From Burkholderiales bacterium (GTDB taxonomy: Bacteria; Pseudomonadota; Gammaproteobacteria; Burkholderiales; SG8-41): a stretch of DNA of 64,000 nucleotides. The stretch is from the NCBI GenBank assembly GCA_020854035.1, contig JADZGE010000076.1, positions 18,027 through 82,026 on the forward strand. Reading direction: 5' to 3'. A program made the position numbers and the translations under genes. Below are positions 11,001-17,645 of the stretch, piece after piece. Position 1 is the stretch's first letter. The number at the start of each line of letters is the position of its first letter. The notes below the pieces were generated by a model. The model saw only the letters and a program-made list of their open reading frames with translations, had not been told where the DNA came from and did not search any database.

Positions 11001-12143
11001 CGCGTCGGCGCTGATCACCGCGTCCGGCGCAACCCACGTCCGCTGCGATGCCGCGAGCGTGCCCTCGCCGTCGGCTATCGCCTTGCCGCGCAGGTCGCCG
11101 CCGATGAGTACCCTGCCCCCGCCGCTTGTCCCCGATGCGTCCACGCGCGCACCGCCGAGCATGCCCGTGCGCTCGCCGGCCACCACGACGGTACCGCCCC
11201 GTCCGCCCGCGCCGGCGGCGCTCACCTCGCCCTGCACCCGTACGTCGCCGGAGAGCGTCGCAACCGTGACGCTCCCGCCGCTCGCCCCGTTGGCGGAGAG
11301 TGCGCTCGACGCGGCCGCGGCTACGCCGTGCGTCGCCTTGAGCACGATGCGCCCTCCCTCCTCGATGACCGCGGCGTCCGCGCGTACCGTCCCGGCGTTG
11401 CGCACCAGGCCGGCGTACGCGCCAGCCGGGCCGCCGACCACTTCGCTCAGATTGAGCGCCTTGCCGGCGGGCGCGGTGATCTCGACCCGCAGCCGGCCGT
11501 CCACCGCATCCGCAACACGCACCACCTGCCCGGCGGCGAGCACGATATCGCCGCCTGGCGCGGTGATAGTGCCCTGGTTATCGACGCCGGCGCCGATCAG
11601 GTATACCGGGCCGCCCCGCGCGGCGGTGAGGCTGCCCTGATTTGCGACGAGGCCTGCCGCGCCCTGCCCGTCACCGAAGCGCATGCGGCCGCCGAGAAAG
11701 TCCTCGTTCGACAGTGCCAGCGTGGACGCGACGAGGCCCGCGACGTCGACACGACTGCCGGCGCCGAACACGATGCCGTTCGGGTTCACCAGGAAAACGC
11801 GGCCGTTCGATTGCAACGCGCCGAGTATCGCGGAGGGATCGCCGCCCGTCACGCGGTTCAGCACGGCGCTCGCGGCCGAGGACTGGATGAAGCGGGTGGT
11901 TTCGCCCGCGCCGATCGAGAAACGCTGCCAGTTGATGATCGTCCCCGGCGCGTTCGTCACCGACAGCACGCCGCCGGACGCAGCGAAGCTCGCGCTGCCG
12001 TGCGCGACCACCGGCCCCACGGGATTCGCCAGCAGCCTGCCCTGCGGGCCGAGCGCGAAACAGCAGGCAACCGCGACCGTGACGAGGTTCGGCCTGAAGC
12101 GGGGATTACGATGCGAGTGCATACGGGATATGCCGGGTTTCAT
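5040..12143 (-). CDS. TpsA-type two-partner-secretion exoprotein (filamentous haemagglutinin N-terminal domain, Gly/Ala/Thr-rich repeat core, C-terminal YDG/MBG-like repeats)
   Basis: The 2557-aa ORF starts at 12713, but sequence resembling a real protein starts at MKPGISRMHSHRNPRF (ATG 12143; alternative ATG 12122). A signal-like segment is followed by the TPS domain: TIINWQRFSIGAGETTRF, VLNRVTGGDPSAILGALQSNGRVFLVNPNGIVFG. A GGDGGFAEISG...GTLLFDP segment follows, as in haemagglutinin-family exoproteins. Confidence 0.85.
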   Translation of the reverse strand: MKPGISRMHSHRNPRFRPNLVTVAVACCFALGPQGRLLANPVGPVVAHGSASFAASGGVLSVTNAPGTIINWQRFSIGAGETTRFIQSSAASAVLNRVTGGDPSAILGALQSNGRVFLVNPNGIVFGAGSRVDVAGLVASTLALSNEDFLGGRMRFGDGQGAAGLVANQGSLTAARGGPVYLIGAGVDNQGTITAPGGDIVLAAGQVVRVADAVDGRLRVEITAPAGKALNLSEVVGGPAGAYAGLVRNAGTVRADAAVIEEGGRIVLKATHGVAAAASSALSANGASGGSVTVATLSGDVRVQGEVSAAGAGGRGGTVVVAGERTGMLGGARVDASGTSGGGRVLIGGDLRGKAIADGEGTLAASQRTWVAPDAVISADATHSGDGGTVIVWGQDLTRFHGAVSARGGPEGGDGGFAEISGRQSLDFSGRVDVGAANGRGGTLLFDPLNIILSTGTQANRTGFAPPGDQTEAWNDDAGLASVFRVGAGGSFAGVAAGSTIVLEATNDITVANAFNIGASTGQANVSLELRAGNNVNVNAAVTATGTGTLALKADHDFSVSGGPASNGAGNVSLAAALATAGGAVHVSGVNVSSTGAGSITTTGAANAAGGTVNVSASGTVSLAGAITANGGAGTAGAGGRAAGDVSVTGAGAVTTGAITASGGNGSAGAGAAGGNGGTIAVTGAGAIGTQAITANGGAGGGTIGAGGGAGTITVTNNSATTGTLVTGSLTARTGASTGAAPSGAAGSVTITQNAAGALLQTGAINTSGNANGAGGTVSLTAAGALGFSGGATISSAGGAAASGTAGRDGGDVSLTGLTVTTGGTITASGSAGNGTNQAGGDAGDVTIVAGGTISTTGGTITASGGNAGAGGASGAGGRAGLITITNTSLAAGNIATGALTARSGNAVGAGAAAAPGGVTVMNSNATAGATLTTLAIDVRGGAKGAGGAVVLESAGDVGVTGAITASGGGAAAGGSHGGAAAGTVAISGVNRAVSGGITASGGAAAGTNQAGGAAGTVTSTGSGTLTTAAIATQTGAATGTGTGGGAGSITLSGAGVTTGALTASGGANGNGGTIAVTSTMSDIANNGAVTVSGGAANAGSAGTNAGTITIRSAGAYGGSGLTLSASGGSANGATLNLAGGQGGRIDIESVAGTTVGAVTASGGAGSTTGGAGGSAGAIEIANSGSGNISTGALAARTGNAQGTGTGGAVAATAIAAGNLAAGGSLTVASFTTTGGTNGAGGNVTLSSLGATNVTGNSATSGGTAGAGTAGRNAGTISITGGTVSTANLNATGSAGSGANVAGGAGGTVSVTSATGTIAVRQVVSSGGSAGGTGTANGGAAGTITFDAATGITLKGTALTARGGNRAGGGGTPGGGGTIRLADPVTLGASVTLTATGGNAGVGTSGDIVLEAAVDGTAAGAQSLTLTTLRGDVSLNGAVGATTPLAALTVSANDISIATVGTSGAAGVSGNLAVTAATAGADTGSTMLGGVVNTGGAQTYNGAGLPILLGGELTTANGNVTLQGPVTLATDAAISAGTATVTFGSTVAAGARNLAVRANEINLAGAVTGGAGLSLAPGSTAASMTLGAGADTSTAVLDLTAADLGFIQPGFASIMLGRGDSSGNVTVNNMVLRNPTTVQTGSGTIAGAGNITGDVAGRDLNLSAGMINLTGALGTAGTRLGRIDASATGHVGLGAVQANDVLTAVAGGNLTLNGALASTVGGDAVVLVAGGNFSNNAGAGAISTPSGRWLVYSNDPATDNRGGLAYGFKQYDATYGVTPVAGAGNGFLYRSAPSLAVGLTGPVAKVYDATNAAALSPGDFSVTGAIDGDFIALDLPVAGTYDTRHAGTNKSVTATGIALTGATNGAAPVYGYRLASDSAIGNVGTITPRPITVASGTGQGKVYGADDPASAKAAYSLTGGTLAGGDALAGEMGRVAGETAGSYAFTAGSVTVSDGNAGGNYSITFDGTTNRFAVSPAPLGASLVGAAKVYGTSDPAPGTIGVVLGGVVNRVVTDIDGNTTPIDDTGSLAVSLASLVRASGENVGAHSITGGTFTALTGPAAANYASPVLAGSPALSITPAPLTASIADPSKVYGSPDPAPATIAATPGGLVNTSVTDWNGAVTAMNDAGRVAVSLAGYARVPGENAGSYAITGTTFSAPGGPAGGNYAVPVLSGTPTLAITPAPLTIRADDKSRVAGAPDPPFTATYTGFVNGETPAVLSGVLLFATPAVPASPPGQYVIAAAGQAAINYSIGYVPGLLTVTPLPQPAIAPAALADVPFERPLMQAVTYGFLDPGAAPMIASGPALVEEGGAVFGGSPPAQAVAGAGGPGAPGPFVGAAGEVRRGPAARALECLASRTVGALWCRGR

Positions 12144-12441
12144 GGAGGGTAGCGCAATACCCGGAGCCTCCGTTCTGCAAGTTGCGTGCCGAGCCATGCA
12201 ATAATCCGATATTCCACAGAAGAACCGTGATGCCCCGCACACCGCCGCAGCCGCGGCAACCCGGCGTGAACTGTTCCCGTCCCGGGACGCGCGCCCGCCG
12301 GCGTTCCCGGGCGGCAAGTGCGCCGTCGCACGTGCCGCCGGAGGGAATCCGGCACAGGCCGGCTCGCGGACCGGGTATTTCCGCGTGGCGCGCGGGCGCG
12401 AACGCGGGCGTGGAGCATCCACCAGTGTCGAGAATTCGCCT

Positions 12442-13404
12442 GTGACAGGACCAGCTCTTCGCCTGAGGAGTACCGCGGCCCATTCGCACGCCGAAGCGAT
12501 CCGCAGGCACGTCCTCATCGGACTCGCGGGGAGCCGCACTCTCGGATTCCACTTCCCCGGGTACTTCCTCGGGATCGAGTGGCCTCGCATCGACGACGAT
12601 TGCGTGGAGGGCGTGCTCGCCACCGGACCACATTGCATCAACGCCGATGGCGGTTTGAACCTCGCCGCATTCGGGGTGCTGCTCGATACGTCGGTCGCCA
12701 TCATGGCGCGCATGAAAATCCCCCACGGTCAGCACCAGGCGACCGTCCACCTTCACGCGCAGTTCACCGGGCGCCCGCTGTCCGCGACGCTGCGCTCCGT
12801 GGCCCGGCACGCGGGTGACACGAGCGGCGCGGCAGTACGCCAGGCGATCGTGGACGCCGTAGTGACCTCGGGCGGCGAGGCCGTGTGTCGCGCCACGAGC
12901 GCGTTCGTCCGCCTGCCGCCGTTGCAGGGTGCGGGACACGGCCCGCTCCCGCGCAGCCGCGCCCGGATCACCGAGTTGACGCCTCTCGCCGCGAGCGAGC
13001 TCGACGCCGGTGAGCGGCGCGTGTATCAGGCCGGAGAACGGGCATTGAAGCGTGCCGACGCGCACCGCTCGTTCATCGAGCATTTCTGGAGCGTCAGGCC
13101 GCGGCCCGTCAGCGGTGGCGCCCGCTGCGCGATTCCGCTCGGCCCCCACTACGGGAACCGCACCGGTGACGTGCAGGGAGGCCTCCTCTTCGGCATCGCC
13201 GCCGCGACGGCGCATGCGGCGGTTCCCGGGCATCGCCACCTCTCGAACGTATCGGCATGGTACGTGGGACCGGGCCGCGGCCACCGGTTGACGGCCCGCT
13301 CCCGCGTGGTTCACGCCGGCCGCAGTTTCGCCACGGTGCGCACCGAGTTGACCCGCCCCGGTGGCGCCCGCGTGCTCGAAGTGGTGAGCCACCACGCTGC
13401 CTGA
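12442..13404 (+). CDS. double hotdog-fold protein, PaaI/4HBT-type thioesterase-like (paralogue 1)
   Basis: Two hotdog halves: GPHCINADGGLNLAAFGVLLDTSVA, and HYGNRTGDVQGGLLFGIAAATAHAA ... SFATVRTEL. The start is uncertain. GTG 12442 was chosen by alignment with paralogue 2, and the listed ORF begins at ATG 12385. Confidence 0.6.
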   Translation: MTGPALRLRSTAAHSHAEAIRRHVLIGLAGSRTLGFHFPGYFLGIEWPRIDDDCVEGVLATGPHCINADGGLNLAAFGVLLDTSVAIMARMKIPHGQHQATVHLHAQFTGRPLSATLRSVARHAGDTSGAAVRQAIVDAVVTSGGEAVCRATSAFVRLPPLQGAGHGPLPRSRARITELTPLAASELDAGERRVYQAGERALKRADAHRSFIEHFWSVRPRPVSGGARCAIPLGPHYGNRTGDVQGGLLFGIAAATAHAAVPGHRHLSNVSAWYVGPGRGHRLTARSRVVHAGRSFATVRTELTRPGGARVLEVVSHHAA

Positions 13405-13407
13405 AAG

Positions 13408-13497
13408 CGGGTTTCACGCAAGGAACCAAAGCGCGCCAGGGCAGACCTGCCGGACGCCTCTTCCCTTGCGGTCTTTGCGTTCCCTGCGTGAAACCCG
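13408..13497. repeat. 90-bp imperfect palindromic intergenic element (REP/MITE-like)
   Basis: Outer arms CGGGTTTCACGCAAGGAAC (13408-13426) and GTTCCCTGCGTGAAACCCG (13479-13497) are 18/19 complementary. The inner arms continue with related CAAAG/CGCNAGGG units. Confidence 0.6.
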
Positions 13498-13546
13498 GAA
13501 CCGTATCCTCCGACATCGAGAGACCGACGACGTGACACCCTCCGCG

Positions 13547-14470
13547 ATGGACGAAGTACGGGCCCGCGCCGAGCGCGCGCTCGCCCGCAATCGCGTGCCC
13601 GGCTACAACTTCGCCGGGCTGTTCCTTGACCTCCAGTGCCGGCGCTTCGAAACCGGCGGCGTGCTCTTCGAGCTCGCTCCAGGCCCGCACTGCGTGGATG
13701 CGCGGGGCATCATGCACCCGGCCGCGGTGTCGATGTTCGCCGACATGACGCTCGCCGCCGCGATCCGCGCCTACGTCAACCCCAACACCCGCACCGCGAC
13801 GCTGCTGCTGCGCTACGACTTCACCGGCGCGCCTGCCCGCGGCGCGCTCACCGCGGAAGGCCGCTCGGACGGCTTCTCGACCCGCACCGCCCTGCCCCAG
13901 GCGATGGCGACGGGCAGCGTGTACGCCGGCGGCGCGGAGGTGATCCGCATGTCCGGCACATGGGTTTCCCCGCCCACGCCGGAAGGACGGACCCTCGCCC
14001 CGCTGCCGTGGGAGAGCAGGGAGCCGATCCGCTACCCCGAGGTCTCGCGCGCCGGGTTCGACGCGGCCGAGAAGGCCGTCCTGCGGCGCGTCGAGCGGGG
14101 ACTGCGCGCGGCGGGTCCGGAGGGTTTCCTCGGGCACCTGTGGTCGCCGTCGGTGCGCCACACACCGACCGGAGCGCTCTCGCGCATCCCGCTCGGCATG
14201 CACCTCGGCAACCGCGTCGGCCACGTGCAGGGCGGACTCACCATGCACATCGCGCTCGCCACCGCGGTCGCCGCGGTGCCGCACCATCCGCTGCTGACCG
14301 GGGCTTCCGCGTGGTATATCAGCCCCGGCGAAGGCAGGGCGCTCGCCACGCGTTCGACGGTCCTGCAGAAGGGCCGCAACGTGGCGGTCGTGCGCACGGA
14401 GGTGTTTGCACCCGGACGCAAGCTCGTGCTGGAGGTGATTTCCAACCACGCGATCCCCGCGCATGGCTGA
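13547..14470 (+). CDS. double hotdog-fold protein, PaaI/4HBT-type thioesterase-like (paralogue 2)
   Basis: Same two-domain layout as 12442..13404, roughly half of residues identical by eye in the C-terminal half (HLGNRVGHVQGGLTMHIALATAVAA ... NVAVVRTEVF). ATG 13547 (MDEVRARAE); GTG 13532 is an alternative. Confidence 0.65.
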   Translation: MDEVRARAERALARNRVPGYNFAGLFLDLQCRRFETGGVLFELAPGPHCVDARGIMHPAAVSMFADMTLAAAIRAYVNPNTRTATLLLRYDFTGAPARGALTAEGRSDGFSTRTALPQAMATGSVYAGGAEVIRMSGTWVSPPTPEGRTLAPLPWESREPIRYPEVSRAGFDAAEKAVLRRVERGLRAAGPEGFLGHLWSPSVRHTPTGALSRIPLGMHLGNRVGHVQGGLTMHIALATAVAAVPHHPLLTGASAWYISPGEGRALATRSTVLQKGRNVAVVRTEVFAPGRKLVLEVISNHAIPAHG

Positions 14471-14539
14471 AGCAGCCGGCCGCGCCGCTCGTTGTGGCAG
14501 AATCGCGGTTCCGATCCGGACGAGACGAAAGACCAGTAC

Positions 14540-15706
14540 ATGAGCATCAACGGAAAAGCCTACATTGTGGGCGCTTTCGAGCACCCGACGCGCAAGGCCC
14601 CGGACAAGTCCGTGGCGCAACTGCACGCGGAGTGCGCGGCGGGCGCGATCCGCGACGCCGGGCTCACCAGGGACGACATCGACGGCTACTTCTGCGCGGG
14701 CGACGCGCCCGGCACCGGTGTCTTCAACATGGCGAACTACATGGGGCTGAAGCTGCGCCACATGGATTCGACGGACAGCGGCGGCTCGTCCTACCTCGTC
14801 CATGTGAATCACGCGGCGCAGGCGATCGCGATGGGCAGGTGCAATGCCGCCCTCATCACCCTCGCGGGCCGGCCGCGCTCCGAGGGCTCCTCGGGGACCG
14901 TGGTGAGGAGCCGCGGCGCCGGCGTGCCGGACGAGCCCTTCGAGCTTCCGTACGGACCGGTCACGGTCAACATGTACGCGATGGCGGCGATGCGGCACAT
15001 GCACGAGTTCGGCACCACGAGCGAACAACTCGCGTGGGTCAAGGTCGCCGCGTCGCACCACGCGCAGCACAATCCCAATGCCGTGCTGCGCGACGTTGTC
15101 ACCGTGAAGGACGTGGTCGATTCGCCGATGATCGCCGACCCGCTGCACCGGCTCGACTGCTGCGTGGTGAGCGACGGCGGCGGCGCTCTCGTCGTCGCGC
15201 GCCCCGAGGTGGCGAGATCGCTCAAGCGCCCGCTCGTGAGAATCCTCGGAGCGGCCGAGGCGCCCAAACACCAAGCCGGCGGCAGGATCGACCTTTCCTT
15301 CAGCGGCGCCGCGTGGAGCGGACCGCGCGCCTTCGAGGAGGCGAAGGTGAAGCCCGCGGACATCCAGTACGCCTCCATCTACGACAGCTTCACCATCACC
15401 GTCGTTATGCAGATCGAGGACCTCGGCTTCTGCAGGAAGGGCGACGGCGGGAAGTTCGTCGCCGACGGCAACCTCATCTCGGGCAGCGGGAAGCTGCCCT
15501 TCAACACGGACGGCGGGGGACTCTGCAACAACCACCCGGCGAACCGCGGTGGCATGACGAAAGTCATCGAGGCGGTGCGGCAACTGCGCGGCGAAGCGCA
15601 CCCCGCGGTGCAGGTGAAGAACTGCCGGCTTGCCCTCGCGCACGGCACCGGCGGCTCGCTCGGAACGCGGCACGGATCGGCGACCGTCATCATGGAAAGG
15701 GAGTGA
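14540..15706 (+). CDS. thiolase-fold protein, SCP-x/Ltp2-like, apparently lacking the nucleophile cysteine
   Basis: Starts MSINGKAYIVGAFEHPTRK. Thiolase-like core (CCVVSDGGGALVV, NTDGGGLCNNHPANRGGMTKV). At the position where thiolases carry C-x-S-G the sequence reads DSGGSSYL, and the C-terminal CxGGG is replaced by AHGTGGS. Confidence 0.8.
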   Translation: MSINGKAYIVGAFEHPTRKAPDKSVAQLHAECAAGAIRDAGLTRDDIDGYFCAGDAPGTGVFNMANYMGLKLRHMDSTDSGGSSYLVHVNHAAQAIAMGRCNAALITLAGRPRSEGSSGTVVRSRGAGVPDEPFELPYGPVTVNMYAMAAMRHMHEFGTTSEQLAWVKVAASHHAQHNPNAVLRDVVTVKDVVDSPMIADPLHRLDCCVVSDGGGALVVARPEVARSLKRPLVRILGAAEAPKHQAGGRIDLSFSGAAWSGPRAFEEAKVKPADIQYASIYDSFTITVVMQIEDLGFCRKGDGGKFVADGNLISGSGKLPFNTDGGGLCNNHPANRGGMTKVIEAVRQLRGEAHPAVQVKNCRLALAHGTGGSLGTRHGSATVIMERE

Positions 15707-15713
15707 CACGCAC

Positions 15714-16115
15714 ATGGCCACACCGTACAGGGACCGCGAGATCGCCGACCCGGTCATGAACATCGGCGACGAGCGCTATTTCGAGGCCGCCGGGCAGGGG
15801 AAGCTGCTCCTGAAAAAATGCGCCGACTGCGGAGCACTCCACCACTTTCCTCGCGGCATCTGCCCGCACTGCCTGAGCGAGAACGTCTCGTGGGTCGAGG
15901 CGAAGGGCACCGGCGTCGTCTATACCTGCAGCGTCACGCGCCGCGCCGGCCCCGTTCCCTACTGCATCGCCTACGTGACGCTCGACGAGGGGGTGTCGAT
16001 GATGACCAACATAGTCGACTGCGACCTCGATGCCGTGAAGATCGGGCAGCGGGTCAAGCTCGTGTTCAAGAAGACGAAGGGGGGAATTTCGATCCCCATG
16101 TTCGCTCCTGCATGA
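15714..16115 (+). CDS. DUF35 family Zn-ribbon/OB-fold protein
   Basis: 133 aa. CADCGALHHFPRGICPHC zinc ribbon followed by an OB-fold-like segment. Starts 7 nt after the thiolase-fold gene, which is the classic pairing. Confidence 0.8.
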   Translation: MATPYRDREIADPVMNIGDERYFEAAGQGKLLLKKCADCGALHHFPRGICPHCLSENVSWVEAKGTGVVYTCSVTRRAGPVPYCIAYVTLDEGVSMMTNIVDCDLDAVKIGQRVKLVFKKTKGGISIPMFAPA

Positions 16116-16154
16116 CTTGCGCCGCCCTGCGCGATGAAAATCATCACCCACCCC

Positions 16155-16179
16155 GTCCCGCCCCCTGAAAGGGCGGGAC
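16155..16179 (+). terminator. stem-loop downstream of the DUF35 operon
   Basis: Perfect 9-bp stem GTCCCGCCC / GGGCGGGAC with a 7-nt loop, 40 nt after the stop. No U-run follows, so intrinsic-terminator status is uncertain. Confidence 0.35.
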
Positions 16180-16276
16180 GCCCAGCGGATCCGGTCACAC
16201 TGCGTACACTCTGAACGCCGCGACCACAATCGCCGACTCCCTGTCAGCCTGCGCGACGCTGAACGACGGCGCGCGC

Positions 16277-17056
16277 ATGCCCTGGGTGGGGCTCGGAGCC
16301 TACCAGCTCGGTTCCGGCACGGCCTCCCGGCGCGCGGTGGCGCACGCGCTCGCCACGGGCTACCGCCACGTCGATACCGCCGCGTTCTACGGTAACGAGG
16401 AGGAAGTCGGCCGCGCCGTGCGTGAAAGTGGCCTCCCGCGCGGGGACGTCTTCGTCGTCACCAAGCTCTGGAACAGCGACCACGGCTACGCCTCCGCGAT
16501 CAGGGCGTGCGAGGGGAGCCTCGCGAAGCTCGAGCTCGACTACATCGACCTCTATCTCATCCACTGGCCCGAGCCCGGCAAGCGGCTCGACTCCTGGCGT
16601 GCGCTGGTGGAGCTCAAGCGGCAGGGGAAGTGCCGCTCGATCGGCGTCAGCAACTACCGGATCGCGCATCTCGAGGAGCTGCTCGCCGCCTCGGATGTCG
16701 TGCCGGCGGTGAACCAGGTCGAGTTGAGCCCCTTCCTCCAGCAGCCGAAGCTGCACGACTTCTGTCGTGCGCGCGGCATCCAGCTCGAGGCCTACTGTCC
16801 GTTGACGCGCGGCGAAAAGCTCAACGATCCGGTGGTCATGTCGATCGCGCACCGTCGCCGCAGGACATCCGCGCAGGTGCTGTTGCGGTGGGCGCTCCAG
16901 CATCGCGTGGTGGTCATTCCCAAGTCCTCGCGCCCGGAGCGGATCGAGGAGAACGCTGCCCTGTTCGATTTCGCGCTGGACGCGCGCGACATGGCCGCGC
17001 TCGACGCGCTCGACGCGAACTACCGCACGTGCTGGGATCCGACGCGGGTCAGGTGA
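16277..17056 (+). CDS. aldo/keto reductase (2,5-diketo-D-gluconate reductase-like)
   Basis: GYRHVDTAAFYGNEEEVG, VFVVTKLWN, LDYIDLYLIHWP, IGVSNY and IPKSSRPERIEEN motifs. The family N-terminus (ATLNDGARMP) is encoded in frame upstream of the first ATG without a canonical start codon. Confidence 0.8.
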   Translation: MPWVGLGAYQLGSGTASRRAVAHALATGYRHVDTAAFYGNEEEVGRAVRESGLPRGDVFVVTKLWNSDHGYASAIRACEGSLAKLELDYIDLYLIHWPEPGKRLDSWRALVELKRQGKCRSIGVSNYRIAHLEELLAASDVVPAVNQVELSPFLQQPKLHDFCRARGIQLEAYCPLTRGEKLNDPVVMSIAHRRRRTSAQVLLRWALQHRVVVIPKSSRPERIEENAALFDFALDARDMAALDALDANYRTCWDPTRVR

Positions 17057-17201
17057 GTTTTCGACAGTGACGTTCTCCTCGGCCGGGAGCTTCAGGATCT
17101 CTGCGACGTCTGCGTCTCTCATGCCACGTAGCCTGCCACGAGCGCGCTGGCGTCCCGGCAAAGCGGCGCGCCGCCTCCTGCGCGTCGGCCGCATGCTGTT
17201 G

Positions 17202-17450
17202 TTAGCCGCCACCGTGGCGCAACGGCCGGTCAATTCGCCGACCAGGCACCAGCCACATCAGGGCCACCGCGGCATCGAGCGCCTGCGCCACCCATGGCCA
17301 AAGAAATGTGGAAACGATCGCGAGCACATACAGCACTGGCGAGAGCTTTCCTTTCCAATACCCGAGGACCGTCGTGGGGCCTGAGCCTCTTCCATGCGTG
17401 GAAGCCGTCGCGGCAGCTTCCGCGTAGTGCGAATCGTTGCGATCTGCCAT
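17202..17450 (-). pseudogene. possible C-terminal remnant of a TMEM175/DUF1211-family membrane protein
   Basis: The tail GKLSPVLYVLAIVSTFLWPWVAQALDAAVALMWLVPGRRIDRPL resembles the last TM helix and the conserved W-L-(V/I)-P-D-R-R-I-E end of that family. Only about 80-120 codons are available before the next gene, versus about 190 or more for full length. Confidence 0.3.
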
Positions 17451-17645
17451 GGACCCATAGGGCGCGATGAGCGGCGCACGCCAGCGCACGCGCAGTCGCC
17501 GGCGCAGGCGATAGCGGGAGAGAAAAACCGCCAGCGTGATACGGAATATTGCCCGCGACGTACTCCGGGCCATACCGGCCGAATTCGCGCTCGACCGTCA
17601 CGTTGCCCGGAGCCAGCAGCACGCCGAGTCGCCGCTGGTCATTTT

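Noticed and set aside
12144-12713. The first 190 codons of the 2557-aa ORF as part of the TpsA protein.
   Set aside because: This segment looks like non-coding sequence read through (Arg/Pro/Ala-rich, no signal peptide). The recognisable signal sequence and TPS domain start at ATG 12143/12122.
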